DNA from: Mobula hypostoma | Lineage: Eukaryota | Direction of reading: 5' to 3' | NCBI RefSeq assembly: GCF_963921235.1 | Contig: NC_086108.1 | Span: 91,266,001-91,330,000 of the forward strand | DNA length: 64,000 nucleotides | Part shown: positions 12,111 to 24,239 of the stretch, piece after piece | Numbering within the stretch: the first letter of the stretch is position 1 | Layout: every line of letters starts with the position of its first letter | Program-made: the position numbers and the translations under genes | The notes under the pieces: model-generated | Seen by the model: the letters and a program-made list of their open reading frames with translations, nothing else | What the model was told of the DNA's origin: nothing | Database searches by the model: none

Positions 12111-13107
12111 CCATGAGCACAAAAAGACAGATACAAGACTAAATAGATTAAAATATTGATTCTTTTTACCAAAAAACAAAACCCTGCAGATGTTGGAAAT
12201 TTGAAACCAAACCGAAAATATAAAACATAGGGTTAATGTGTTTGGTCAATCATCTTTTGTTAGATTCTTTATAATACAAGCAGGGGTTATTGAATGAAAA
12301 ACAGAGGCGGCTGGATAGAAATAAACAAGATAGCCAGAAAATATTAAAGGAACATACAGAGATAAGGATGGAAGAATGGTTCTTCACTGTTGTCTTTATC
12401 AATTTGATTCCAACTTGAAGCTCGATCCTGAGTAATTTGTGATAAAACATTGAACTTGTTTGCTGGGAAAAATCTCCTCTCCTCTTGTAATAATATCTAT
12501 ACTCGAAGATCTCCTTCCAGAAAGCTTATATCTGTACTTGACTTGTTGCTAGCATTTATCTAAAAGCTTCAATATTTATTCCAAAGATTCATGCCTTGAA
12601 GCTTTTCAGTTGCAGCTTGAGTACAAGTCATTGCAGAAAAGTCTGAAATTATATTTGCATTGATATTCAGGCTAGAGAAGAGAGATTAGACATGAACTAC
12701 CGTTGCCAATCTTTCTCAAAATGTTGGTTTATTTTGTCCTATTATACAAGTGGCAATTTGGTTTCAACCTGGATTGAATCAACAAATTAGTTTTATTTTT
12801 AATTGGACGCACAGTAATACAAAACAGGTCTCAATTTCCAATATGGAATTAAAATACAAAAATATCCATCTGCCTATCTTAAATTATCAATGAAACCGTG
12901 GTGACGTAGCATATTGTTGAAGAGAAGAACAGGATGAATTGAAACTGAAAGGACAGAAAGAAGGGCTCATATAGCTGACAGGTAAAGATTATAGTAATCA
13001 AAAGGTTAGCCAGGTTTTACTCTCTCTACTCTCATAACTTGTGGCTTAGTGCAGTTTGAACACCGTCTAAAATCACCCATGACTTCATTGGTGTTGCTAG
13101 GATCTGA

Positions 13108-14760
13108 GATGGAACATGGAGGCATACAAAGATGAGGTCGATCAGCTGGTGGTGTCACAACAACACCTTTGCCCCCAGTGTCAGTAAGACCATGGAATAG
13201 ACTGTGGACTTCAGGAAGGGAAAGTCGGAAGAAAACAAACCATTCCTCATTGAGGGATCAGTGGTGAAAAGGGTGAGCAGCTTCAATTTCCTGAGCATTG
13301 ACATCTCAGAGGATTCATCCTGGGCCCAAAACATTGCTACCATCAAAAAGAAAGCACACCAGTGGCTTTAATTCTTCAAGAGTTTGGGGAGATTTGGTAC
13401 ATCACTTACAAGATTCTACAGATGCATAGTGGAGGGCATTATGACTGTTGCAACATAGCCTGGAATGGAAGCTCCAAACCAAAGGATTGAAAGAGGCTGT
13501 GAAGGCTTAGCTAGCTGCCTCACAATCACAATCCTGAGAACAACTTCAAGAGTTATGGCCTCTAGAAACAATATCCATCACGCAGGAGCAACACAATAGA
13601 CAATAGGTGCAGGAGTAGGCCATTTGGCCCTTCGAGCCAGCACCGCCATTCACTGTGATCATGGCTGATCATCCACAATCAGTATCCAGTTCCTGCCTTA
13701 TCCCCATAACCTTTGATTCCACTATCCTTAAGAGCTCTATCCATCTTTTTCATGAAAACATCCAGAGACTTGGCCTCCACTGCCTTTTGGAGCAGAGCAT
13801 TCCACATATCCACCACTCTCTGGGTGAAAAAGTTTTTCCTCAACTCCGTTCTAAATGGCCTACCCCTTATTCTTAAACTGTGACCTCTGGTTCTGGACTC
13901 ACCCGTCAGCGGGAACATGCTTCCTGCCTCCAGCGTGTCCAGTCCCTTAATAATCTTATATGTTTCAATCAGATCCCCTCTCATCCTTTTAAATTCCAAT
14001 GTATACAACCCCAATCACACCAATCTTTCAACATATGACAGTCCCGTCATCCCAAGAATTAACCTTGTGAACCTACGCTGCACTCCCTCAATAGCAAGAA
14101 TGTCATTCCTCAAACTTGGAGAACAAAACTGCACACGATACTCCAGGTGTGGTCTCACCAGGGCCCTGTACAACTGCAGAAGGACCTCTTTGCTCTTATA
14201 CTCAATCCCCCTTGTTATGAAGGCCAGCATGCCATTAGCTTTCTTTACTGCCTATTGTACTTGCATGCTTGCTTTCAGTGACTGATGTACAAGAACACCT
14301 AGATCTCATTGTGCTTCCCCTTTTCCTAACTTGACTCCATTTAGATAATAATCTGCCTTCCTGTTCTTACCACCAAAGTGGATAACCTCACATTTATCCA
14401 CATTAAACTGCATCTGCCATGCATCCGCCCACTCACCCAGCCTGTCCAAGTCACCCTGCATTCTCATAACATCCTCCTCACATTTCACACTGCCACCCAG
14501 CTTTGTGTCATCTGCAAATTTGCTAATGTTACTTTTAACACCATCTGGGACATGCCCTCTTCTCATTACTGCCTCAAGGAGGAGTACGGAAGCCTGAAGA
14601 ATCATGCTCAAAGATTCAGGAGCAGCTTCTTCCCCTCTGTCATCAATTTCTATATGGTCCATGAACACTGCCTCGTTCTTCCATTTCCTTTTGTAAGGCA
14701 TAGTAATTTTATATCTTTTCACTGCACTGCTGCCACAAAAACTATAATGTTGCTGGCACA
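13108..14760 (+). mobile_element. Degenerate Rex1/Babar 3' region split by CR1
   Basis: KTME.TVDFRK and FNFLSIDISED remnants before 13590. HALFSLLP and RFRSSFFPS remnants after 14539. Confidence 0.7.
13594..14538 (-). mobile_element. Young 5'-truncated CR1 LINE
   Basis: KFADDTKLGG, WQMQFNVDKC, LYRALVRPHLEY, RMRGDLIETYK. (CTATTGT)n tail. Confidence 0.93.
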
Positions 14761-15537
14761 TTAGTCTATAACCCATAGGAGTATTGTTAATCCATTTGGC
14801 CCATCAGGTTTGAGCCAATGACAATAGTCAATGATAATAAAGCCGACTGTAGGTTTCCCATAAAATTATGACTCACTTAAAACATCCTACACAAATAATC
14901 ACGTGGTGTATAGTGGTTTTAATTCATCTACATCATCCAAGACAAAGAAGGTCACTTGGCTGGCTCTCAATCCACCACTCTAAATGTTCTCACCTGCCGT
15001 CTCTGTAGCTACAAAATTCATCTACAAAATTCAAAGCTAAGCCTAAATTCTGCTATTCCCTACCCAACAGCAGGGTGGGAGTACCTTCAGTAAAGGGTCT
15101 GCAGCAGTTAAAGAAAGTGGCTCACCAAAATGTTCTCAAGGGAATTTAGGAATGGACAATTTAATACTGGCCTTGATAGCAATACCATCATCCTGTAGTC
15201 ATAGTCATAGTTATACTTCATTGATCCCGGGGGAAATTGGTTTTCATTACAGTTGCACCATAAGTAATTAAATAGTAATAAAGCCATAAATAATTAAATA
15301 GTAATATGTAAGTTATGCCAGGAAATAAGTCCAGGACCAGCCTATTGGCTCAGGGTGTCTGACCCTCCAAGGGAGGAGTGGTAAAGTTTGATGGCCACAG
15401 GCAGGAATGACTTCCTATGATGCTCTGTGTTGCATCTCGGTGGAATGAGTCTCTGGCTGAATGTGCTCCTGTGCCCAACCAGTACATTATGTAGTGGATG
15501 GGAGACATTGTCCAAGATGGCATGCAACTTGGACAGC

Positions 15538-15683
15538 ATCCTCTTTTCAGACACCACCGTCAGAGAGTCCAGTTCCATCCCCACAACATCACTGGCCTTA
15601 CGAATGAGTTTGTTGATTCGTAAGGCCAGTGATGTTGTGGGGATGGAACTGGACTCTCTGGCAGTGGTGTCTGAAAAGAGGAT
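15538..15683. repeat. Fold-back inverted duplication (68-bp arms, 10-nt loop)
   Basis: 15538-15605 is the reverse complement of 15616-15683 with two substitutions. Confidence 0.95.
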
Positions 15684-17060
15684 ACCCTCAGCCTGCTGCC
15701 CCAGCACACAACAGAAAACATGATAGCACAGGACACCACAGACGTGTAGAAAATCCTCAGCATCGTCCGACAGATGTTAAAGGACCTCAGTTTCCTCAGG
15801 AAATAGAGACGGCTCAGACCCTTCTTGTAGAGAGCCTCCGTGTTCTTTGACCCAGTCCGATTTATTGTCAATTCGTATCCCCAGGTATTTGTAATCCTCC
15901 ACCATGTCCACACTGACCCCTGGATGGAAACAGGGGTCACCGGTACCGTAGCTCTCCTCAGGTCTACCACAAGCTTCTTAGTCTTTTTCACATTAAGCTG
16001 CAGATAATTCTGCTCAGACCATGTGACAAAGTTTCCTACCATAGCCCTGTACTCAGCCACATCTCCCTTGCTGATGCATCCAACTATGGCAGAGTCATCA
16101 GAAAACTTCTGAAGATGACAAGGCTCTGTACAGTACTTGAAGTCTGAGGTGTAAATGGTGAAGAGAAAGGGAGACAAGACAGTCCCCTGTGGAGCCCCAG
16201 TGCTGCTGATCACTCTGTCGGACACACAGTGTTGCAAGCACACATACTGTGGTCTGCCAGTCAGGTAATCAAGAATTCATGACACCAGGAAAGTATCCAC
16301 CTGCATCGCTGTCAGCTTCTCCCCCAGCAGAGTGGGGCGGATGGTGTTGAACGCACTGGAGAAGTCAAAAAAAATGACCCTCACAGTGCTCGCTGGCTTG
16401 TCCGGGTGGGCGTAGACACGGTTCAGCAGGTAGACAATGACATCCTCAACTCCTAGTCGGGGCTGGTAGGCGAACTGGAAGGGATCTAAGTGTGGCCTGA
16501 CCATAGGCTGGAGCAGCTCCAGAACAAGTCTCTCCAGGGTCTTCCTGAAGTGGGAGATCAATGCCACCGGTCTGCAGTCACTGAGGCCGCTAGGGCGCGG
16601 CGTCTTCGGCACAGGGACGAGGCAGGACATCTTCCACAGCACAGGAACCTTCCGGAGCCTCAGGCTCAGGTTGAAGACATGGCGAAGTACTCCACATAGC
16701 TGAGGGGCACAGGCTCTGAGCACCCTGGTACTGACACCATCCGGCTCTGCAACCTTGCTTGAGTTGAGACGTTTCAGCTGTCTTCTCACCTGTTCAGCTG
16801 TGAAGTCCACCGCGGTGGTTTCGTGTGGGGAAGGGGTATAGTCATGAGAGCAGGGTGGGGGACTGTGAGGAGGGGTAGGAGGGGAGAGTGGAATATGTGT
16901 TGGTTGGGGGTCGACAACAGATGACTCATGTGGGGGATGGGCAGGGGCCACAATGTCAAATCTGTTAAAGAACAGGTTAAGTTCGTTGGCCCTGTCCACA
17001 CTGCCTTCAGTTCCTCTGTTGCTAGTTTGCCAGAACCCAGTGATGGTCCTCATCCCACTC

Positions 17061-19410
17061 CATAAGGCCATAAGACAAAGGAGCAGAAGTATGCCATTCA
17101 GCCCATCGAGGCTGCTCCGCCATTTTATCATGAGCTGATCCATTTTCTCCTATTTAGTCCCACTCCCCTGCCTTCTCACCATAACCTTTGATGCCCTGGC
17201 TACTCAGATACCTATCAATCTCTGCCTTAAATACACCCAATGACTTGGCCTCCACTGCTGCCTGTGGCAACAAATTCCATAGATTCACCACCCTCTGACT
17301 AAAAAAATTTCTTCGCATTTCTGTTCTGAAAGGGCGCCCTTCAATCCTTAAGTCATGCCCTCTCGTACTAGACTCCCCCATCATGGGAAACAACTTTGCC
17401 ACATCCACTCTGTCCATGCCTTTCAACATTCGAAATGTTTCTATGAGGTCTCCCCTCATTCTTCTAAACTCCAAGGAATACAGTCCAAGAGTGGACAAAC
17501 GTTCCTCATATGTTAATCCTCTCATTCCCGGATCATTCTAGTGAATCTTCTCTGTACCCTCTCCAATGTCAGCACATCCTTTCTTAAATAAGGAGACCAA
17601 AACTGCCCACAGTACTCCAAGTGAGGTCTCACCAGCGCCTTATAGAGCCTCAACATCACATCCCTGCTCCTATACTCTATTCCTCTAGAAATGAATGCCA
17701 ACATTGCATTCGCCTTCTTCACTACTGACTCAACATGGAGGTTAACTTTAAGGACATCCTGTACGAGGACTCCCAAGTCCCGTTGCATCTCAGAACTTTG
17801 AATTCTTTCCCCATTTAAATAATAGTCTGCCCGTTTATTTTTTCTGCCAAAATGCATAACCATACACTTTCCAACGTTGTACTTCATTTGCCACTTCTCT
17901 GCCCATTCTTCCAATCTATCCAAGTCTCTCTGCAGACTCTCCGTTTCCTCAGCACTACCGGCCCCTCCACCTATCTTCGTATCGTCAGCAAACTTAGCCA
18001 CAAAGCCATCTATTCCATAATCTAAATCGTTGATGTACAATGTAAAAAGAAGCGGCCCCAACACTGATTCCTGCGGAACACCACTGGTAACCGGCAGCCA
18101 ACCAGAATAGGATCCCTTTATTCCCACTCTCTGTTTCCTGCCAATCAGCCAACGCTCTATCCACGTATGTAACTTCCCCGTAATTCCATGGGCTCTTATA
18201 TTGTTAAGTAGCCTCATGTGTGGCACCTTGTCAAAGGCCTTCTGAAAATCCAAATATACAACATCCACCGCATCTCCCTTGTCTAGCCTACTGGTAATTT
18301 CCTCAAAAAATTGTAATAGGTTTGTCAGGCAGGATTTTCCTTTAAGGAATCCATGCTGAGTTCTGCCTATCTTGTCATATGCCTCCAGGTACTCCGTAAC
18401 CTCATCCTTGACAATCGACTCCAACAGCTTCCCAAGCACCGATGTCAAGCTAACAGGTCTATAATTTCCTTTTTGCTTCCTTGCCCCCTTCTTAAATAGC
18501 GGAGTGACATTTGTAATCTTCCAGTCCTCCGGAACCATGCCAGAATCTATCGATTTTTGAAAGATCATCGCTAATGCCTCTGCAATCTCCACAGCTACTT
18601 CCTTCAGAACACGCAGGTGCATTCCATCTGGTCCAGGAGATTTATCTACCTTTAGCCTATTCAGCTTCCTGAGTACTTTCTCTGTCGTAATTGTGACTGC
18701 ACACGCTTCTCTTCCCTGCCACCCTTGAGTGTCCAGTATACTGCTGTCTTCCTCAGTGAAGACTGATGCAAAATACTTGTTCAGTTTCTCTGCCATCTCC
18801 TCATCTCCCATTACAATTTCTCCAGCATCATTTTCTATCGGTCCTATATCTACTCTCACCTGTCTTTTACTCTTTATATACTTGAAAAAGCTTTTAGTAT
18901 CCTCTTCGATATTATTTGCTAGCTTCCTTTCATAGTTAATCTTTTCTCTCTTAATGACCTTCTTGGTTTCCTTTTGTAAGGTTTTAAAAACTTCCCAATC
19001 CTCTCTCTTCCCACTAATTTTTGTTTCCTTGTATGCCCTCTCTTTTGCTTTAACTTTGGCTTTGACTTCTCTTGTCAACCACAGTTGCATTCTTTTTCCA
19101 CTCGAAAATTTCTTCTTTTTTGGAATATACCTGTCTTGCACATTCCTTATTTCTCGCATAAACTCCAGCCACTGCTGCTCTGCCATCTTTCCCGCCAGTG
19201 TCTCTTTCCAGTCAACTTTGGCCAGTTCCTCTCTCATGCCACTGTAATTTCCTTTACTCCACTGAAATACCGACACATCAGATTTCGGCTTCTCTTTTTC
19301 AAATTTCACAGTGAACTCAATCATGTTATGATCACTGCCTCCTAAGGGTTCCTTCACCTCAATCTCTCCAATCACCTCCGGTTCATTACACAATACCCAA
19401 TCCGGTACAG
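17061..19410 (-). mobile_element. Young CR1 LINE, 5'-truncated
   Basis: Nearly intact ORF2 with one frameshift near 17525. (TCTTATGG)n tail. Interrupts the Rex NNMREVW/SGMRTI sequence. Confidence 0.96.
17522..19393 (-). CDS. CR1 ORF2 reverse transcriptase (partial, 623 aa; continues out of frame in 17154-17525)
   Basis: SDHN, KSPGPDG, NYRPVSLTS, YLDFQKAFDKV, SGVPQ, FADDTK, WQMKYN. Confidence 0.9.
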   Translation of the reverse strand: MCNEPEVIGEIEVKEPLGGSDHNMIEFTVKFEKEKPKSDVSVFQWSKGNYSGMREELAKVDWKETLAGKMAEQQWLEFMREIRNVQDRYIPKKKKFSSGKRMQLWLTREVKAKVKAKERAYKETKISGKREDWEVFKTLQKETKKVIKREKINYERKLANNIEEDTKSFFKYIKSKRQVRVDIGPIENDAGEIVMGDEEMAEKLNKYFASVFTEEDSSILDTQGWQGREACAVTITTEKVLRKLNRLKVDKSPGPDGMHLRVLKEVAVEIAEALAMIFQKSIDSGMVPEDWKITNVTPLFKKGARKQKGNYRPVSLTSVLGKLLESIVKDEVTEYLEAYDKIGRTQHGFLKGKSCLTNLLQFFEEITSRLDKGDAVDVVYLDFQKAFDKVPHMRLLNNIRAHGITGKLHTWIERWLIGRKQRVGIKGSYSGWLPVTSGVPQESVLGPLLFTLYINDLDYGIDGFVAKFADDTKIGGGAGSAEETESLQRDLDRLEEWAEKWQMKYNVGKCMVMHFGRKNKRADYYLNGERIQSSEMQRDLGVLVQDVLKVNLHVESVVKKANAMLAFISRGIEYRSRDVMLRLYKALVRPHLEYCGQFWSPYLRKDVLTLERVQRRFTRMIRE

Positions 19411-19510
19411 ACCTCTCTCATGTTGTTCTGCTGGAGCTTCCACTCAAGCTTCCTCCTTTACCTGTCTTTAGCCTCTCTGATCCTGGCTTTCAGGTCCCTC
19501 TGTATTGCCC

Positions 19511-20500
19511 TCAGCTCTCCCTATTTCCATCTCTAAACATCCTCTTTTTAGTGTTCAGGATGTCCTTAATGTCTTTTGTTACCCATGGTTTGTTATTTGA
19601 ATAACAAAGGACAGTTCTTGTCGGAACATTGAAGTCCACACAGAAGTTGATGTAATCAGTGCACTCTGTGAGCCCATCAATATTCTCTCCATGTGGCTCA
19701 TAGAGTGCCTGCCAGTCTGTCACCTCAAAACAACCCTGGAGCTCCTCATAAGCCTCCTCCAACCATTTCCTCACTGTCCTCGAGGTTGCAGGTTTACTCT
19801 TCACCAGAGGCATGTAGCAGGGTTTCAGATGCACCAGGTTGTGATCTGACCTTCCCAAAGGGGGGAGGGGAGAGGAGCTGTATGTATTCTTAACATTAGC
19901 ACACATCAAATCCAGAGTCCTCTCCCCTCTGGTTGTACAGCTCACATACTGCGTGAAGTTGGGCAGCGTTCTAGCCATGGTAACATGGTTGAAGTCACCC
20001 GAGATGGTAATGAGGGCACTCGGGTGCTGGGTTTGTAATCTGGCTATGACGGTGTAAATGATGTTACACGCTGACGTTGGATTGGCAGAAGGAGGGATGT
20101 ACACAACCACAATTGCATGTGAGATTTCCCTTGGCAAATAAGATGGCTGGAGTCCAACAGCAAAAAGTTCAATATCCGGGCCACAAACACGTTCCTTGAT
20201 CGTAATATGACCAGGATTGCACCATCTGTTGTTTACCAGAACAGCAAGCCCCCCTCCTTTACGCTTACCGCTCTCAGTGCAATTCCGGTCAGCTCGAACG
20301 GTCTGGAAGCCCTCTATGGAAAAGCTTTGATCGGGTATGTCCTCGTGCAGCCACGTTTCAGTAAAACACATGACACTGCTCTCCCGAAATGTTCTCTGAC
20401 TCCTGACAAGCGCAGTCAACTCGTCCATTTTATTACCCAGCGATCTCACGTTGCCCATAGTGAGAAAGGGGAGACACGGCTTATAACTTCTCTTCTCCAT
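19511..20500 (-). pseudogene. Rex1/Babar APE endonuclease domain
   Basis: 329-aa ORF with APE motifs, ending in a premature stop. Confidence 0.88.
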
Positions 20501-21200
20501 AAGCCTCTGTTGTCTCGACCCGGTCCTCTTCCCTCATCTTTGTGATCCCCCTCTGCATCCTCTGTGGGTTTTCCTCCAGATTTCAGCCAGGGTGTCTGCC
20601 GCTCTGTTCACTAAACCGGCCGGCATAAGCGCAATCAGCTGGTCCCTGGAATAAACAATGCGACCATACTGCTGCCACGCTGATGAGACGTGTCCGAATG
20701 TAACTATTTCCAGTGCTAAAAACCCAAATAAAACTCTCTCCACCAGCATGTTAGACAGTAAATCAGTAAAAAAGATCAAGATTTAACAGTCAATGTATTG
20801 CAATACCAGCAGACTAAAGGATAGCTTTTATCCTGCTGTTATCACTCTTGAATGGACCTCTTGTACGATAAGGTGGGCTCTTGACCTTCCAATCTACCTC
20901 ACTATGATCTCACACTTCACTGTTTACCCGCCGTGCACTTGCTCTGTAGCTGTTACACTTTATTCTGCATTTTGTTATTATTTTATCTTGTACTGCCTTA
21001 ATGCACTGTGCAATGATTTGATCTCCAAGTCAAGCTTTTCAGTATCTCTCAGTACATGTGACAATAATAAACCAACTCCAGTTCCAGATTCCAATATCCA
21101 AGCACTTTTATTGTATAATTTTCTTTTTTTCTTGTTTTATTGATGAAAGGTTGTTATAGCCGGGGGTGTTAATGGGGACAAGCTCTCATTACCTCTGAAA

Positions 21201-21425
21201 TTTATTTATTTACATATAGTGTGGAGTAGCTCCTTCCAGCCCTTCGAGCCACACTGCCCAGAAATCCCTCATTTTAACACTAGCTTAATCGCGGGATAAT
21301 TTACAATGGCCAATTAACCTAACAACTGACACATCTTTGGAATGTGGGAGGAAATCAGAGCACCTGGAGGAAAACTGTGCGGTCACGGGGAAAACATACG
21401 TACTCCTTACAGACAGTGGCAGGAA
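21201..21425 (-). mobile_element. HE1/V-domain SINE with CR1-type tail, 5'-truncated
   Basis: V-domain present. rc tail ctggaaggagctactccacactatatgtaaataaataaa. Confidence 0.7.
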
Positions 21426-21506
21426 TGCTTCCAATGGCATTTGAGTCAAATAGCCTCTGACAACCATGTTCATCTCCCGACCTTTACGTGTGACCTAGCT
21501 AATAAA

Positions 21507-21870
21507 GACCACAAGACAAAGGAGCAGAAGTCGGCCATTCGGCCCATCGAGTCTGCTCCACATTTTATCATGAGCTGATCCATTCTCCCATTTAGTCCCA
21601 CTCCCCCGCCTTCTCACCATAACCTTTGATGCCCTGGCTACTCAGATACCTATCAATCTCTGCCTTAAATACACCCGATGACTTGGCCTCCACTGCTGCC
21701 CGTGGCAACAAATTCCATAGATTCACCACACTCTGACTAAAAAAATTTCTTCGCATTTCTGTTCTGAATGGGCGCCCTTCAATACTTAAGTCATGCCCTC
21801 TCGTACTAGACTCCCCCATCATGGGAAACAACTTTGCCACATCCACTCTGTCCATGCCTTTCAACATTCG
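21507..21870 (-). mobile_element. Young CR1 3' end, same subfamily as 17061-19410
   Basis: Near-identical to 17066-17432. TSD AATAAA at 21501-21506 and 21871-21876. Confidence 0.95.
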
Positions 21871-22744
21871 AATAAACCCGGTGGAACTATTTCTACTGAC
21901 AGGAGACGGGGCAAAGGCAGGTTACAGGCACTTTAAACCCAGTCGCTTCGGGCAGATGGGGCTCGTCAGCCGTGGTTGGCAGCTCATCTAGGAGAAGGAA
22001 AACTCTTCTCTCAAACCTCCACTGCCTTGTGGCTGTACCCACTCAAGGGGAAGGGTTCGGGAGAAAAATCTGGAGGTGGAGCCCCAAGGCTGTCCGACAT
22101 TGAGTTCAGTGCTGACAGACAACTCCTACGACGCTGCTGTTATCAAACTATATCAGTATCTGCCATTCCTTTGGGTTCATCAGTTGCATGGAGAGGGGGA
22201 GCTTGCTACATAGGCAACAGCTTGCTCCCTATATCGGACTGGCCAGGCTCTTGTATCTAAACAGCTAGGATACAACATCCATGGTTGACCCTGACTGATG
22301 GAGACCTTGCTCACTCTCACTTGGTAAGGTAGGAGGAAGCATATCCATAGACAGATGTGGTGGAACCTGACCAGACAAGTTTATACCTGAGGAAGAATTG
22401 AGAATCATTTTCATTTTTGTTCGATGGCTTGTGTGCACTGCCTAAAAGGATGATGAAAGAAAATTAGTAGCAACTTTCAAAAAGGAATTACTGAATAATT
22501 AAAACTTCACCGGGATAGGGTAATAGCAGGAGCATGGCTAATTGGCAGTGCATTCCTGTTCAACAATCATGTGTACCAAATTAACCAATCACTGTATTGC
22601 ATGTGGTTATGCACCTCCCAATTCTCATACAAGGTGCTTCTCCACTGGCTATGACCTTATTGGTGGGGTGGACATCCCTGAACACTGATGAATCTAGAAA
22701 CTCTGGCTTCATGCTATAGCATCTGATCCTCTGACAAATATACT

Positions 22745-22995
22745 CTTCACCAGGTGGTTTCTAAAGCTATTGGCGTGGCCCTGTAGCTTTGTGCCATCAA
22801 AATCAATCCTATGGCCATTGCAAATGCAATGGTGCTTACAGGATTCCCTCTGATTGAGGAGCAATGAACATCAGTCAGACAGGATGCATGGTGGAAACCC
22901 GCATCGAGGAGCACAGAGGTATATCCGTTTGGATTAGCCGAAGAAATTAGCAGAAGCAAAACATTGTATTTGCAATGGCCATAGGATTGGCTTCA
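22745..22995 (+). mobile_element. Penelope-like (Poseidon-type) GIY-YIG remnant with inverted segment
   Basis: GAYRIP..G..NISQTG.MVETRIEEH on the plus strand. 22745-22831 is an inverted continuation (HCICNGHRIDFDGTK). Confidence 0.75.
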
Positions 22996-23254
22996 ACGAG
23001 TGCTAACAAGTGCTTTGGAAATTGCTGACCAAGTATGTTTAGCTATTGGTCATTGTCCAAAATTTACTATATAAATCTAAGTTGTAACCTGACATTGTTG
23101 GGGTAGTAAGACAACAATTCCCTGTGATCATGTAATAGAAGGGTTAACTGTATACTGAAGTCTGTATCTTTATTTCTGTTCCCTAACAGCATAGTCTCTC
23201 ATAGTGATTGGCGACAAAGTTCTTTTATGGTAAATCAGAGTAAATTCTTCAGCA

Positions 23255-23450
23255 GATGAGGACTAACCAATCAGGAGGGATGGATGATGGAGGTATACAT
23301 ACCGCTGGACTAGACATGCCCGGGCATCATCGCTGATGAAGATGGCAAAGTTTGTCATTGAAATGTCGGTTAAAATCGACACCTGTACCCGGTTAGAAGC
23401 CCGAGAAGAGTTTGTCCGTCATATACTCTGGGAAAGCACTAGATCATTTT
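23255..23450 (+). mobile_element. Penelope pseudo-LTR with hammerhead motif
   Basis: CCAAT box at 23267, TATA-like element near 23293, then CTGATGA, a 7-bp stem II, GAAA and TGTC at 23333-23367. Confidence 0.7.
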
Positions 23451-24239
23451 CCACTTGATCATTTGTCACAGTAGCTCTTCCTGGAATGACTGACAAGAAA
23501 TAATGAGGACTGGTGGAACGGTGGGGTTTTCAATAGGAGCACTGTCAATTTGAGATTGAGAAAAAGCAAGTTTATACTCCCGGGGGCACTGCAATCTTCC
23601 TAGAGCAGGCCTTCAGCAATCCTACTCATCTCCAGCAGGAAAGATGTTTGGACTGTTGTAATACACTGGAAGCTCCTTTGAACAGTGATATCTGGAGTCA
23701 CAGTGACAGAAGCCTGAGCCTCCAGGGTACCAGTGTGATTTCGATAAAAGCTGATTTTGCTGTAATAGGATGTCTCACACAAGGAACAAGAGGCTGTATT
23801 TCTTATATGCAATGATGCATAGTGTCGACTGCAAACTCTATGTGAACCCCAGGGCCAATTGGGTCCTGGGCTCCTCCATGTACCATGACATAGACCCTGC
23901 TTTGACTTACTGCTGCATCACACAATTCATTATGTCCATCAAATCGTCATCCCCTGTAGCCAAACTCATTATAATCCTCATCTGAGTCCTTGCAGCAGAA
24001 TGAGGTGTGTGTCACCTTCTGCTACAAATTTTTAAAATTCTACAAAACTTCTGCATAATACAGACATCATGGTTGATGAGATGCCAGTTTGTGAGACATG
24101 GATAAGACCTAAAATGATGCTAAATGTTTTGGAGTCAGGTAAAGCCGGTGAATCAAATGAATTATCCTTTGTTGGATGATAGAAGATTGAGTAATGAAGG
24201 AAGCTGCTGGTCTACTCAGTGGGATATACTTATTCACTC

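Larger units (their letters stand above)
15196..20760 (-). mobile_element. Near full-length Rex1/Babar LINE (APE endonuclease plus RT), split by CR1 17061-19410
   Basis: YSRDQLIAL N-terminus. APE ORF 19511-20500 (NVRSL, CFTETWL, GDFN, SDH). RT in 16277-17060 and 15700-16243 (DFSSAFNTI, PQGTVLSP, FSDD, LYFLRKLRSF). (CTATGA)n tail. Confidence 0.93.
21147..22305 (+). mobile_element. RTE-derived non-autonomous element, split by a SINE and a CR1
   Basis: Collinear with 34632-35233 (caaatagcctctgacaacc..ctactgacaggag..gctcgtcagcc). Confidence 0.7.

Noticed and set aside
14306..14776. 156-aa ORF with an unusual N-terminus
   Set aside because: Antisense Rex sequence read into a 5'-truncated CR1.
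16277..17143. 288-aa ORF as a novel protein with a unique N-terminus
   Set aside because: Chimeric reading: the first ~27 codons are CR1 3' UTR fused to Rex1 RT at the insertion junction.
23600..24030. Unique stretch with short ORFs as a host exon
   Set aside because: No recognisable product or consistent splice signals.
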